The translations under genes and the position numbers were made by a program. Below, piece by piece: positions 20,619-30,108 of a stretch of 56,085 nt of DNA. The notes below the pieces were generated by a model. The model was not told the DNA's origin. It saw nothing but the letters and a program-made list of their open reading frames with translations, and did not search any database. The stretch lies in the NCBI GenBank assembly GCA_964575955.1, contig CAZNTG010000010.1:1-56085 (forward strand), in the 5' to 3' direction. This stretch comes from an uncultured Thermoproteaceae archaeon. Lineage in GTDB: Archaea; Thermoproteota; Thermoprotei; Thermoproteales; Thermocladiaceae. Within the stretch, counting starts at the first letter, position 1. Every line of letters begins with the position of its first letter.

Positions 20619-21485
20619 CTATGCTTGTCCTATCGCTTCGATACAAACCTCTGTAAATCTCCTACGGACTCTATCGAACATCCCCCAAACGGCATCTAAA
20701 TCACGATGATCTTCTCCACTTTCAACATCTTTGCACTCTAGTTCTATTCCTCTTCGATCGCTCTTCTTTGTACGTATGATACATTCAAGTCCGAGGGAAT
20801 TAAATACAAATTTCGTCTTCCTTCTATCTTTTTTATAATGTGAGAACCAATCGTGAAATGCCCATAGCTCATTATGATACTCTTCACTACTCATTAGTTT
20901 GTTCATAGCATCTTCTCCGAAACAACCCTTTAGGACAGCCCTAAGTCCCTCAATGACCATCACTAGACTATTAACCGAAGCATAGATGTCATCCTGCCTA
21001 AGCGCATTTGTCAAATGTTCAAGCGCACTTACTAAGTGAATATATTGCTCTTCACCACAATGCTCGTGAATGTACCTGACACAATACGCAAGCTTGGTTA
21101 GAGGGTCTAGTTCTGGCCATACAACTGTTGTGACTGGAATCACAATCTGGGTAACAAGTCTTCCATTCTCAAATGCGGAATATGATACCTGTATTGAAGT
21201 CCGTAAGCTACCAAACACTGTATTCAGTACAGGCTCTATGTAACTATGAAATGTTCCAAGGACTTCATTCTCTGATTCCGCAATAGCTACAAACATGCAC
21301 TCAGTATTGAATTCTCCCTTCTTAACCTGTCTACACTCAAAGAGGAGCCACGGTACATTAAGCTTCTTTATAACCCTTCTAACATAATATTCGATATCGT
21401 GGACTTTCGTAATACTCGCATACTGACTGTAACTTCGAATATTAACTTGCTCTGCATCGTAGCTATAGGCCGACAACATCAACAT
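20619..21485 (-). CDS. Hypothetical cargo protein, possibly ApeA-like HEPN fold
   Basis: 288 aa; alpha/beta N-half then ALEHLTNAL..D....NSLVMVIEGL and HDWFSH. Confidence 0.6.
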   Translation of the reverse strand: MLMLSAYSYDAEQVNIRSYSQYASITKVHDIEYYVRRVIKKLNVPWLLFECRQVKKGEFNTECMFVAIAESENEVLGTFHSYIEPVLNTVFGSLRTSIQVSYSAFENGRLVTQIVIPVTTVVWPELDPLTKLAYCVRYIHEHCGEEQYIHLVSALEHLTNALRQDDIYASVNSLVMVIEGLRAVLKGCFGEDAMNKLMSSEEYHNELWAFHDWFSHYKKDRRKTKFVFNSLGLECIIRTKKSDRRGIELECKDVESGEDHRDLDAVWGMFDRVRRRFTEVCIEAIGQA

Positions 21486-21669
21486 TTAACTTAAACCTTG
21501 CGTGCATTGACAGACGATATATACGTCTCTTCTTGATTTTGTACATGTAACTTGCTGAGTAACCAAGTACTCCAGAACTAATCTTCCTCTCATCGATAAC
21601 ATACAGCACAATCCTACGCTTTATCTCAAGGTCAAGTCTCGATACATCAATGAGTTCGGGATCGACCAT
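21463..21669 (-). pseudogene. Truncated N-terminus of a crenarchaeal tyrosine integrase
   Basis: IDVSRLD..IKRRI....LGYSASYMYKIKKR resembles the HTH-like start of crenarchaeal integrases; no catalytic domain follows; lies next to att. Confidence 0.5.
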
Positions 21670-21845
21670 AATGAAAAAGCAGCTGTTTCCTTCTCACAGT
21701 TCCACTCCGGGTATACCGTTAATATCGTATCCTTACTCCACAATGTCTTCCACAATTCATTATAATCCTTCGGAAGTTCAATATAGAACCTATCACCCAT
21801 CTTGCAGATTTTTCTCTTTTTCAAGCACAATATTACTAGACTCAA
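21621..21845 (-). CDS. AbrB/SpoVT-like small DNA-binding protein
   Basis: RKICKMGDRFYIELPKDYNELW swapped-hairpin pattern. Confidence 0.6.
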   Translation of the reverse strand: MSLVILCLKKRKICKMGDRFYIELPKDYNELWKTLWSKDTILTVYPEWNCEKETAAFSLWSIPNSLMYRDLTLR

Positions 21846-21962
21846 GAAGTAATCGCAATACTCTCTTACTGGTTCTAGACTTATCTTGAACCCTTATCAT
21901 GAGTATAAGTATCTGCTTTAAAGTACAGCAGGCATACATGTACGAATATTTCAACTTCATTA

Positions 21963-22000
21963 CCTGATATGCATGCAGGGATAATGGAATTGGAATGGTA
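21963..22000. repeat. 38-bp motif downstream of tRNA-Ala (copy 2)
   Basis: cctgatatgcatgcagggataatggaattggaatggta; 34/38 identical to 6013-6050. Confidence 0.85.
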
Positions 22001-22030
22001 GGAAGGCTTTTCACAAAGCAGAAGTTTTTT

Positions 22031-22107
22031 TGGTGGACCGGCCGGGATTTGAACCCGGGACCACCCGCGCGCCAAGCGGGCATCCTTCCAGGCTAGACTA
22101 CCGGCCC
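22031..22107 (-). tRNA. tRNA-Ala(GGC), intronless, CCA encoded
   Basis: gggccgg/ccggtcc acceptor with G3:U70, cccgc-ttGGCgc-gcggg anticodon arm, GGTTCAAATCC. Confidence 0.96.
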
Positions 22108-22273
22108 TTAGCTGTTTTTATGTGGTTTGTTCTTCCTTTTTAAAGGTTTCTTGTTGTGTTGCTTTTACTGTTTTTGTTATTTTTCGTTTATGTTTGTGTT
22201 TTTATGTTTATATTCTTGTTTTGGTGTCTTTGTGAGAATATATTTAATGTCATTTCTATAATTTTTGATTAAT

Positions 22274-23458
22274 ATGGTTACTAACCTTCCTGCTGAGGCT
22301 AAGGCTGCTTGGGCTAAGGTTATGGAGGCTAAGACTCCTGAAGAGAAGTTGAAAGCTTTACAAGAATTTCTTAGTAAAGTTCCTAAGCATAAAGGTACTG
22401 AAAATCTCGTTCGTTGGGTTCGTAGAAGAATTGCACAATTGAAGAGAGAGATTGAGATGAGGAAAATTAAGGAACGTTCAATACGTAGTGGTAGTGGTAG
22501 AAAGCTTCTAATCGAGAAGGAGGGTGATGTACAGCTTGTTGTTGCTGGTCCACCTATGAGTGGTAAGACTAGTCTTCTAAAATGTTTAACAAATGCTAAA
22601 GTAGAGCCAGATGACATACCTTACAGTAATACTGAGCCAATTCCTGGAATGTTCATATATGAAGAGATATACTACCAACTCATTAAAGCACCATCAATAA
22701 ATCTTGAAGATTATGATTCAGATATGAATATTATAAATGCAGCACTTATGAGAAATGCTGATGGAATATTACTAATACTAGATGCATCAGATACAAGTAT
22801 AGACCCAATATCACAATTTAATAGAATTTATGAAATATTAAAAACACAGGGAATATACCTAACAAAACCAAAAGCATTAGTAAAGATCGAGAAAAGAAAC
22901 ATACCTGGAATACAGATAATTGGAAAGATAGTAAATACAGACATTGAACAAGTTAAGAGACTTCTAATAGACTATGGTATACAGGGAGCTGTAGTACATA
23001 TAGAAGGTGAAGCAACTTTAGAAGATATTGAAGATTCAATATTTAGAGAATATGTATATAGACCATGCATATTGATAATAAATAAGATAGATCTAGTAGA
23101 TGAAGAATATGTAAAGTACATAGTAGACAACTTGAGAAGTAAAAATCTACCAATAATATTAACATCATTAAAATACTGTAAAATAGATAAGAAAGAACTA
23201 TCTGAAAAAATATTAAAAACTTTAGAATTGATAAGAGTATATACAAAAGAGCCAGGTGAAGAAACATATTCAACAAAACCATTTATAGTCAAAAAAGGAA
23301 CAACAGTTGGAGATTTAGCAAGGAGAATACATAGCTACCTGTATGAACACTTTAAATATGCAAAAATATGGAAAAAAGATCAATATCCACAAATGTTCAA
23401 GAGAGTAGGAATAAACTATGAACTACAGGATGGAGATATTGTAGAAATACATGCATAA
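22274..23458 (+). CDS. DRG/OBG-family GTP-binding protein with TGS domain
   Basis: MVTNLP..PKHKGTE, GPPMSGKT, NKID, IRVYTKEPG, TGS C-terminus. Confidence 0.92.
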   Translation: MVTNLPAEAKAAWAKVMEAKTPEEKLKALQEFLSKVPKHKGTENLVRWVRRRIAQLKREIEMRKIKERSIRSGSGRKLLIEKEGDVQLVVAGPPMSGKTSLLKCLTNAKVEPDDIPYSNTEPIPGMFIYEEIYYQLIKAPSINLEDYDSDMNIINAALMRNADGILLILDASDTSIDPISQFNRIYEILKTQGIYLTKPKALVKIEKRNIPGIQIIGKIVNTDIEQVKRLLIDYGIQGAVVHIEGEATLEDIEDSIFREYVYRPCILIINKIDLVDEEYVKYIVDNLRSKNLPIILTSLKYCKIDKKELSEKILKTLELIRVYTKEPGEETYSTKPFIVKKGTTVGDLARRIHSYLYEHFKYAKIWKKDQYPQMFKRVGINYELQDGDIVEIHA

Positions 23459-23950
23459 TCAATATATCACATTTAGAATATTTACCCCAAATAAAGTTAG
23501 TACTAGTGTAAACATTATAGATAGAAGCCCACCAACAAGTAATGAAGTAAATATTCTATATCTATCTAAACCAATTACATATCCTGCAACAGCACCACTC
23601 CACATTCCTGTAAATGGTAGTGGAATAGCTATGAATATTATAAGTCCAATAAATCCATATTTATCAACATAATTCTTAACTCTAATTCTAGAATTTTCAA
23701 CATATTTCAAATATAGATTGTAAATTCTTACTAGTATTCTATATTTAGAATTTTTTAATGATCTCAAGAATCTATCTAAAGTATCTATTATGAATGTTAA
23801 TATTGTTGCCAGTAGTAATGTTCCTGATATTGCTATCAATATTGCAATCTTAATATCAATATTCTGCAGTAATGCATATATAATAACATATCTAGGCTCA
23901 ACTAGTGGTGATAATGATAGTAAGAGCAATTGTATATACTTTATATACAT
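23459..23950 (-). CDS. Putative small multi-drug export family membrane protein
   Basis: SPLVEPRY, KYGFIGLIIFIAIPLPFTGMWSG. Confidence 0.85.
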   Translation of the reverse strand: MYIKYIQLLLLSLSPLVEPRYVIIYALLQNIDIKIAILIAISGTLLLATILTFIIDTLDRFLRSLKNSKYRILVRIYNLYLKYVENSRIRVKNYVDKYGFIGLIIFIAIPLPFTGMWSGAVAGYVIGLDRYRIFTSLLVGGLLSIMFTLVLTLFGVNILNVIY

Positions 23951-23971
23951 GGTTTACATATACATGCTAAA

Positions 23972-24024
23972 TCAGTCAGCCATCGGTCGGTCATTTTAAT
24001 CCCCCAGCTTACCCTAGTCATCAT
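23972..24024 (-). ncRNA. Box C/D guide sRNA (degenerate internal boxes)
   Basis: Minus strand: ATGATGA ctagggtaagctg GGGA ttaaa ATGACCG accgatggctga CTGA. Confidence 0.6.
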
Positions 24025-24063
24025 TCGAAAGGTATATAACTTTACGTATGTTAAATTTTTCTC

Positions 24064-24114
24064 GTGATGATACCCTTCTAGTCTAGATTTGATGAAGAAC
24101 CCTAGACAGACTGA
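24064..24114 (+). ncRNA. Box C/D guide sRNA
   Basis: GTGATGA tacccttctagtc TAGA t TTGATGA agaaccctagacaga CTGA. Confidence 0.75.
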
Positions 24115-24126
24115 TCTGGTAATCAT

Positions 24127-24492
24127 CTACTTAATCTCATTCTCTATCTCTACTATCTTTTCATTAACTTTCTTTACTATATTCTTAAGATCTTCAATAT
24201 TTAACATGCTTACAGTTTCAAGTTTTGAAAATATCATAACTATTAGACTTTCATATATTTTTCTTAAATCTTCTCTACCAAGTTTAGATAATATGTTTAA
24301 TCTTTCTCCATGTCCTGTTGGTCTTATGCCAAGTTTATTCATTGCTAATGCATCTACAGCATATCCAAATGCGTATAGTGTATACATGAGTATCTGCTTG
24401 TAATACATTAGCTGTCCTGGCTGTACCTGTTCTAGATTTCTCAATACATCTTCCATTATTGTCTTTGCAAGTTTTAGAAGTCCTTTACTCAT
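24127..24492 (-). CDS. Helical protein, PaREP1/HEPN-like without catalytic motif
   Basis: AVDALA..LG.RPTGHGERL..L..LG pattern; no Rx4-6H. Confidence 0.5.
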   Translation of the reverse strand: MSKGLLKLAKTIMEDVLRNLEQVQPGQLMYYKQILMYTLYAFGYAVDALAMNKLGIRPTGHGERLNILSKLGREDLRKIYESLIVMIFSKLETVSMLNIEDLKNIVKKVNEKIVEIENEIK

Positions 24493-24550
24493 CTTGTAAA
24501 TTATCCGTTTCCTAAATATTTTACTAAATCGCTCTCATCCTGAGTCCTGA

Positions 24551-27500
24551 ATGTTGAGATCGTTAACATATATGGGATTTAGAAGATTTCCACTTACATA
24601 TACGGGAGTACCTGGTATTGAAAAGGATGGTAGACCTGTAGGTTTTGAAAAAGAGATTTCACAACTTATAGATGTTGTTGAGAGATTGTTAAATTCTAGA
24701 ATTAATGAAAATCTTCTAGTTGTAATTGTTGGAGAGTATGGTTGGGGTAAGACAGAGCTTCTAGACTATTTTATAAATATTGTATCTGAAAAGTATGATG
24801 GTAAAGTTGAGATTGCTAGAGTACCATTAACATTTAACTTATCTTCACAACACATATTTAACATATTGAGAAGAAGAAGTGAAAAACCACTCATATTAAT
24901 TATTGATGAAGCTGATGAAATAGTTAGAATTTTATCATTAAAGAAGATTTCTGGAGATGGTAAAGATATTGAAAGAATAATTACAGAACTTAGCTCAACA
25001 ATTAGAGCATTACTAGAACCTAGACAATATGCTGGTGTTATTGGTATAAACCCTGAGAAATTGAAAAATATGCTCATTATTGTAGCTGTAACACCACAAG
25101 TATATTATGGAATATTGAAAAGCTACGTTCCTGACATATTTGACATATCTGTAGGTAGAATATTTAGAGAGATTGTACTTAAAAGTGAAGTATCACTATG
25201 GCTATATGAAGCGATAGTAAGAGAGAAATTCAAAGCAGCATCTACAAACTCTAGAATCAGAGAAATTGAGAGAGGTAGACTAGACCCATTACATCCATTA
25301 AAATTTGAATATCTAACATCACTATACTACATATTAAAAATAGCAGAAAATAGAACACCATCACCAAGAACATTATTAAAATATACAGCAAAACTTCTAG
25401 ATAATGTAATAAGGAGTGGAGAACTTAATTTAGAAACATACCTAAAGTTCTTAAGAGAAATATCAAATGAGATACCAATAGTTAAAAATATAATTGAGAA
25501 GATATCGGAAATAGAAACATTGTACGCAGACGACATACCTAGAAAGATTAGAATACTACTTGAACTATGTCCAATACCATTAACAGAAAGTTTCATAATT
25601 AGTCAATGTAGATGTAGTAGAGATATTATTAATAAACTTGTAGAAATTGGAGAGATATCTAGAGTATATTTGATTAGGGTAAAGCTTAGAGATAGAAACA
25701 TTTTGAAGATATTGAATAAGATAAGGATAGAGAGAGGATTGGGAGTTATAGAGTATGTTGATGATAGAGAGGTGTCTATAGAGATAGATGATTACTATAC
25801 AAGATATGAAGATGAACCAACACTATACATGATTATTGAAGATCAAAGATATCTACAGTATCTAAAGGATTGTAAGGTAGAGATTCAGGAAGCATACATA
25901 CCTAAGAGTAGAATTATCTTAACAGAGGTAGAGTATTCAAAACCTGAAAATAGCATAGTTCAACTTATACGTAGACTATATATAGAATATTCAAAACCGG
26001 AGAAAATTCTTGAGAAATTTACAGAAGCATTCTATGGAAAGTGTAGAATTTTTCATAAGATTAATGATGGAGTATATGTATGCTATACAAATATTGAAGG
26101 CATTAATCTGAGAGTGTGTAATATAATGTTTAATATAGACATACTACAGAACTTAGATATAGTTAAGAGAGTTATTGATAATATAATCGAAGATTCGTAC
26201 ATAAAGATTGGAAGAGATGAGATACTGTACGATATCATACACGTACTACTATACTCATCAACTAGAGAGATAGATGAGAAAGTAGTTGATAATTTGATGA
26301 AAGGTGATTGGAAAATTCCAGGTATTGAGCGTAGCTTATTTATGAATATTAGTATATTAGATATTTCAAAGATTGAACAATTTAGAAGAGCTTTAATAGG
26401 TTATGAACTTAGAAAATTACTAAACTCAATACCTGAAAAATATAGACGATATGTGAAGTATTATGAAGATCTAAAAGCTAGAATTGATAGTTTTGTTAAG
26501 AATTGTGAAAATTACATATTGAAAAATCTAACATTAGGTATTAGAAGAGTTAGATATTCTAAATCTGAAGCTATTAGAGAGATTGTTGATGCATGGATTA
26601 GAAATGATAAGATACTTGATCAACCTGACGTGTGGAGAGATGAAGATGGAAAAGCAAAAATTAGTACTGTCGAGAAACTTCTATACACATATCTCAAAGC
26701 TAGATATTCCAACAATAAGCTTAATATTAGAGAAATTGAGAGAATTATAAGAAGACTATTTCCAACACATCTATGGAGAGATTTTAGAGAGAAAGATCTT
26801 GTTGAACTATGTAAACTTAGAGGTCTAATAATTGAAATTGAAGATGATAGATATGTACCATATTCACCATCTATAGCAAAGTTAGTAATTGCAAGACATG
26901 TAAATAGGGTGAAAGATCTAGAAGGTAAGTTTAGTAGAGATGTCAAATTAAAATTATGTGGTAGAGAGTTGAAAGTTCGTACACAGTTTGTGAATACTGA
27001 AACTATAGTAAACACGTCTAGAATTAAGAATTTGATATCAGAGGTTGCATCACTTAAAGACGATTTTGAGAGTATTAGAAGATTCTCTAAGATACTTTTA
27101 GAGCTGAGTAGTTTAGAGTCTAAACTTATTGAGGAAATTTCAAGAAGTGAAAATACGCTGTCGAAAATATGTAAGTTATGTGAAGATGTGAGTTCAGAGT
27201 ATGAGAAATTGAGAGATTGTATTAATAAGATATCTAGCATATTCCCAAGATTGGCTTCAAGGATTGAAAAATATGTGAATGATGAACTAGACTCAACATT
27301 GAAGTTAGTAGAGACATGTGAGAATATAGAAATCTCAGAACTTTATGAAATTATTGAGAGAATGTGTGAAAAAATATCTATAATATATAGTGATGTTGAG
27401 AAAATATCAGAGAAGATTTTACATATAGAGAAGCTTCTTGAAAAGGCAAGTTATTTAAAAAATGCTAATCTTACTAGAGAATTTACAAAATATGTTAAAG

Positions 27501-27922
27501 ATCTAGATTTGAAGATGTTGAAGTTGAAAGATCTTGATTTAGAGAAGGTGTATAGACTAGTGGTTGAGTTAGAGGAGAGAATTAGTGCTAAACTTAGCTC
27601 TATCATAGCTTCTCTTAGTAGAGATGTTGAATCTATTAGAAGAGTATGCAGAATTTTATGTAAGTTAGGTTATGAAGATGTTTGTAAAGTTGTTGATAAT
27701 GTGGATGTTAATAATGTTGATAATACTAAGCAGAGTATTAAGAATATTTTAATGAAGATTTTAGGTAGTGAGAAATATGTTAATGCATTGTTAGAGCTTG
27801 CTAAGTTTGGAGATGAGTTTGATGTTAATACTGCTAAGTCTATTGTAGATGATGTTGATAACTTCCTAAATATTCTTGAGAAGTCTGGTCTTGTTAGAAG
27901 ATTGTACAGATTTGTATTTTAG
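24551..27922 (+). CDS. Large P-loop ATPase with C-terminal coiled coil
   Basis: GEYGWGKT Walker A, IIDEAD Walker B, SPR sensor-2-like motif; about 300 aa of heptad-rich tail. Confidence 0.8.
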   Translation: MLRSLTYMGFRRFPLTYTGVPGIEKDGRPVGFEKEISQLIDVVERLLNSRINENLLVVIVGEYGWGKTELLDYFINIVSEKYDGKVEIARVPLTFNLSSQHIFNILRRRSEKPLILIIDEADEIVRILSLKKISGDGKDIERIITELSSTIRALLEPRQYAGVIGINPEKLKNMLIIVAVTPQVYYGILKSYVPDIFDISVGRIFREIVLKSEVSLWLYEAIVREKFKAASTNSRIREIERGRLDPLHPLKFEYLTSLYYILKIAENRTPSPRTLLKYTAKLLDNVIRSGELNLETYLKFLREISNEIPIVKNIIEKISEIETLYADDIPRKIRILLELCPIPLTESFIISQCRCSRDIINKLVEIGEISRVYLIRVKLRDRNILKILNKIRIERGLGVIEYVDDREVSIEIDDYYTRYEDEPTLYMIIEDQRYLQYLKDCKVEIQEAYIPKSRIILTEVEYSKPENSIVQLIRRLYIEYSKPEKILEKFTEAFYGKCRIFHKINDGVYVCYTNIEGINLRVCNIMFNIDILQNLDIVKRVIDNIIEDSYIKIGRDEILYDIIHVLLYSSTREIDEKVVDNLMKGDWKIPGIERSLFMNISILDISKIEQFRRALIGYELRKLLNSIPEKYRRYVKYYEDLKARIDSFVKNCENYILKNLTLGIRRVRYSKSEAIREIVDAWIRNDKILDQPDVWRDEDGKAKISTVEKLLYTYLKARYSNNKLNIREIERIIRRLFPTHLWRDFREKDLVELCKLRGLIIEIEDDRYVPYSPSIAKLVIARHVNRVKDLEGKFSRDVKLKLCGRELKVRTQFVNTETIVNTSRIKNLISEVASLKDDFESIRRFSKILLELSSLESKLIEEISRSENTLSKICKLCEDVSSEYEKLRDCINKISSIFPRLASRIEKYVNDELDSTLKLVETCENIEISELYEIIERMCEKISIIYSDVEKISEKILHIEKLLEKASYLKNANLTREFTKYVKDLDLKMLKLKDLDLEKVYRLVVELEERISAKLSSIIASLSRDVESIRRVCRILCKLGYEDVCKVVDNVDVNNVDNTKQSIKNILMKILGSEKYVNALLELAKFGDEFDVNTAKSIVDDVDNFLNILEKSGLVRRLYRFVF

Positions 27923-28152
27923 TGTATTCTTGATCTTGCTTTTAATGTTCTTCTTTTTCTACGTTTAGTTTTTCTAACTTTAATTTCATATTCAACTCTT
28001 TCAAAATCTAATTTTGATAATGATGCACCACAGTTTGGACATTTAGATCTACATCTCTCTAATGTCCTTCTTTCAATTTCTGCTAGCGTCATGAGAGTTC
28101 TATATCTTGCAATTATCTTTCCACAATGTGCACAGTAGACTTCAATAGGCAC
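27919..28152 (-). CDS. Small zinc-ribbon protein
   Basis: CAHC...CPNC, basic tail. Confidence 0.75.
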   Translation of the reverse strand: MPIEVYCAHCGKIIARYRTLMTLAEIERRTLERCRSKCPNCGASLSKLDFERVEYEIKVRKTKRRKRRTLKARSRIH

Positions 28153-28234
28153 GATAATGGTATCGTGTTAGAGGTTATTAAAGTAATCTTACACTAATGG
28201 TTCAATATGGTAGAGAAATGTTAAAAAGCTATAT

Positions 28235-28447
28235 CTACTGTATACTCTTCGGATGATTAAGATTGTCGCTACTGACTGATGAAGAAATGGACCCGGTATG
28301 ACCTCTACTCCTCATATACATATTTAGAAGTTCTTCCACAGCCCAAGCAACACATTCATCAATTATGTCATAACCCTCCTCTTCACATATCTCTTTTAGG
28401 ATTCTATACTCACTTTCTTTTAGATATATCTCTACTCTCTTCATCAT
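28235..28447 (-). CDS. Ribbon-helix-helix (CopG-like) protein
   Basis: KRVEIYL strand followed by two helices. Confidence 0.6.
   Translation of the reverse strand: MMKRVEIYLKESEYRILKEICEEEGYDIIDECVAWAVEELLNMYMRSRGHTGSISSSVSSDNLNHPKSIQ
28253..28301 (+). ncRNA. Possible box C/D sRNA antisense to the tail of the RHH gene
   Basis: ATGATTA agattgtcgcta CTGA ctg ATGAAGA aatggacccggt ATGA; 12-nt guides, imperfect C and D. Confidence 0.5.
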
Positions 28448-28576
28448 TCTACTCCTGTAACAAGAAAACTTAAGTCATGTACTTAGAAACGTATACCTCT
28501 ACTCAGGAATTACTATGAATTTCACGTAAGTATCCACGTATGTTGAGTATGCTTTAAATACTGTCATATACATATC

Positions 28577-29341
28577 GTGCACGTGGAAATAGCATTAGAA
28601 ACTATCGATCTAGTGAAGCAGTTTGGAGGTTTGAGAGCTGTTGATAGAGTATCCATTAAGGTTCCTGTAAAGAAGATTGTGTTGATAATTGGTCCTAATG
28701 GTAGTGGTAAGACTACTCTAGTAAATGTGATATCTGGTGTATATAAGGCTGATGGAGGTAAGGTGAAGTTTATGGGTATGGATATAACTAACTGGCCACC
28801 ACATAAGATATATAGAGTTGGTCTTGTAAGAACGTTCCAAATACCACAACCATTGAGAAAGTTGACAGTTCTTGAAAATGTTCTACTTGGAGAAGCTTAT
28901 CATCCTGGTGAGAATTTCATTAAAGCACTCATAGAGTTATCATGGCTTAAGAAAGAGGAAGAACTTGTAGAACGTGCATTTAAGATTTTAGAATTTTTAA
29001 AACTAGACCACTTATGGGATCAGGAATCATATAAGCTTAGTGGTGGTCAATTAAAACTTCTTGAAATTGGTAGAGCATTAATGGCTAATGCAAAGATGAT
29101 TCTTCTAGATGAGCCAATTGCAGGTGTTAATCCAACACTTGCACATGAGATATTTAGAAAGATACAGGAAATTAGAGATAAGCTTGGAGTAACATTTCTA
29201 ATAATTGAACATAGACTTGACATAGCTTTAAAATATGTAGATTATGCATATGCAATGGCTAGAGGTAGAGTAATAGCAGAAGGTCATCCAGAGGAAGTTG
29301 TTAATAATCCTCAAGTCATTGAAGCATATATTGGGAAGTAG
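28577..29341 (+). CDS. livG: Branched-chain amino acid ABC ATPase LivG-type
   Basis: FGGLRAV, GPNGSGKTT, RTFQ, LSGGQ, LLDEP, EAYIG. Confidence 0.9.
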   Translation: MHVEIALETIDLVKQFGGLRAVDRVSIKVPVKKIVLIIGPNGSGKTTLVNVISGVYKADGGKVKFMGMDITNWPPHKIYRVGLVRTFQIPQPLRKLTVLENVLLGEAYHPGENFIKALIELSWLKKEEELVERAFKILEFLKLDHLWDQESYKLSGGQLKLLEIGRALMANAKMILLDEPIAGVNPTLAHEIFRKIQEIRDKLGVTFLIIEHRLDIALKYVDYAYAMARGRVIAEGHPEEVVNNPQVIEAYIGK

Positions 29342-29388
29342 AGGAATGACGATAAAAGTTTATAAACAACTCAACACAATGCTTTAAG

Positions 29389-30096
29389 ATGTTAACAACC
29401 TCACAGCTCAATGCTGGCTATGGAAAACTACATATTTTGTATGATGTAGATTTTGAAGCACCTCATAGAGAGATAACAGTTGTTGTAGGTCCTAATGGTA
29501 GTGGTAAATCTACACTATTAAAAGCACTTTTTGGACTTGCAACAATATTTTCAGGTAAGATTGAATTTGAAAAACAGGACATTACCAGACTACCACCACA
29601 TAAACGTGCTAGACTTGGAATTGCATATGTACCACAGGTTGATAATGTATTCACAACATTGACTGTTGAGGAGAATTTGAAAATGGCAGGATATCTTCTA
29701 GAACCGTCAGAGTTGAAGGAGAGGATAGACCTTGTTTTAGACATATTTCCTGTATTGAAAGACTACATGAAGAAAAAGGCTGGAGCTTTAAGTGGCGGTG
29801 AACGTCAGATGGTTGCTATAGCTATGTGCCTTATAAGAAATGCAAAGATGCTTCTACTAGATGAGCCAACTGCACAATTAGCACCGAAGATAGCAACATA
29901 CATACTTAACAAGATTGTTGAACTTCGTGATAGACTTGGAATAACTATAGTACTTGTAGAGCAAAATGCTAAAAAAGCCCTCGAAATTGGTGACAGAGCA
30001 TACCTACTTGTTAGTGGTAGAGTAGTGTTTAGAGGTAAGGCTCAAGAACTTCTAGAACATAGAGAACTAGGTAAACTATATCTAGGACTCGTATAA
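29389..30096 (+). CDS. livF: Branched-chain amino acid ABC ATPase LivF-type
   Basis: AGYG, GPNGSGKST, LSGGERQM, VEQN, LYLG. Confidence 0.9.
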   Translation: MLTTSQLNAGYGKLHILYDVDFEAPHREITVVVGPNGSGKSTLLKALFGLATIFSGKIEFEKQDITRLPPHKRARLGIAYVPQVDNVFTTLTVEENLKMAGYLLEPSELKERIDLVLDIFPVLKDYMKKKAGALSGGERQMVAIAMCLIRNAKMLLLDEPTAQLAPKIATYILNKIVELRDRLGITIVLVEQNAKKALEIGDRAYLLVSGRVVFRGKAQELLEHRELGKLYLGLV

Positions 30097-30108
30097 CACT
30101 ATCTTCAA

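Larger units (their letters stand above)
19876..22078. mobile_element. Decayed tRNA-Ala-integrated element
   Basis: Bounded by a direct tRNA 3'-half repeat; higher-GC cargo; integrase-like stub and AbrB-like gene. Confidence 0.8.
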
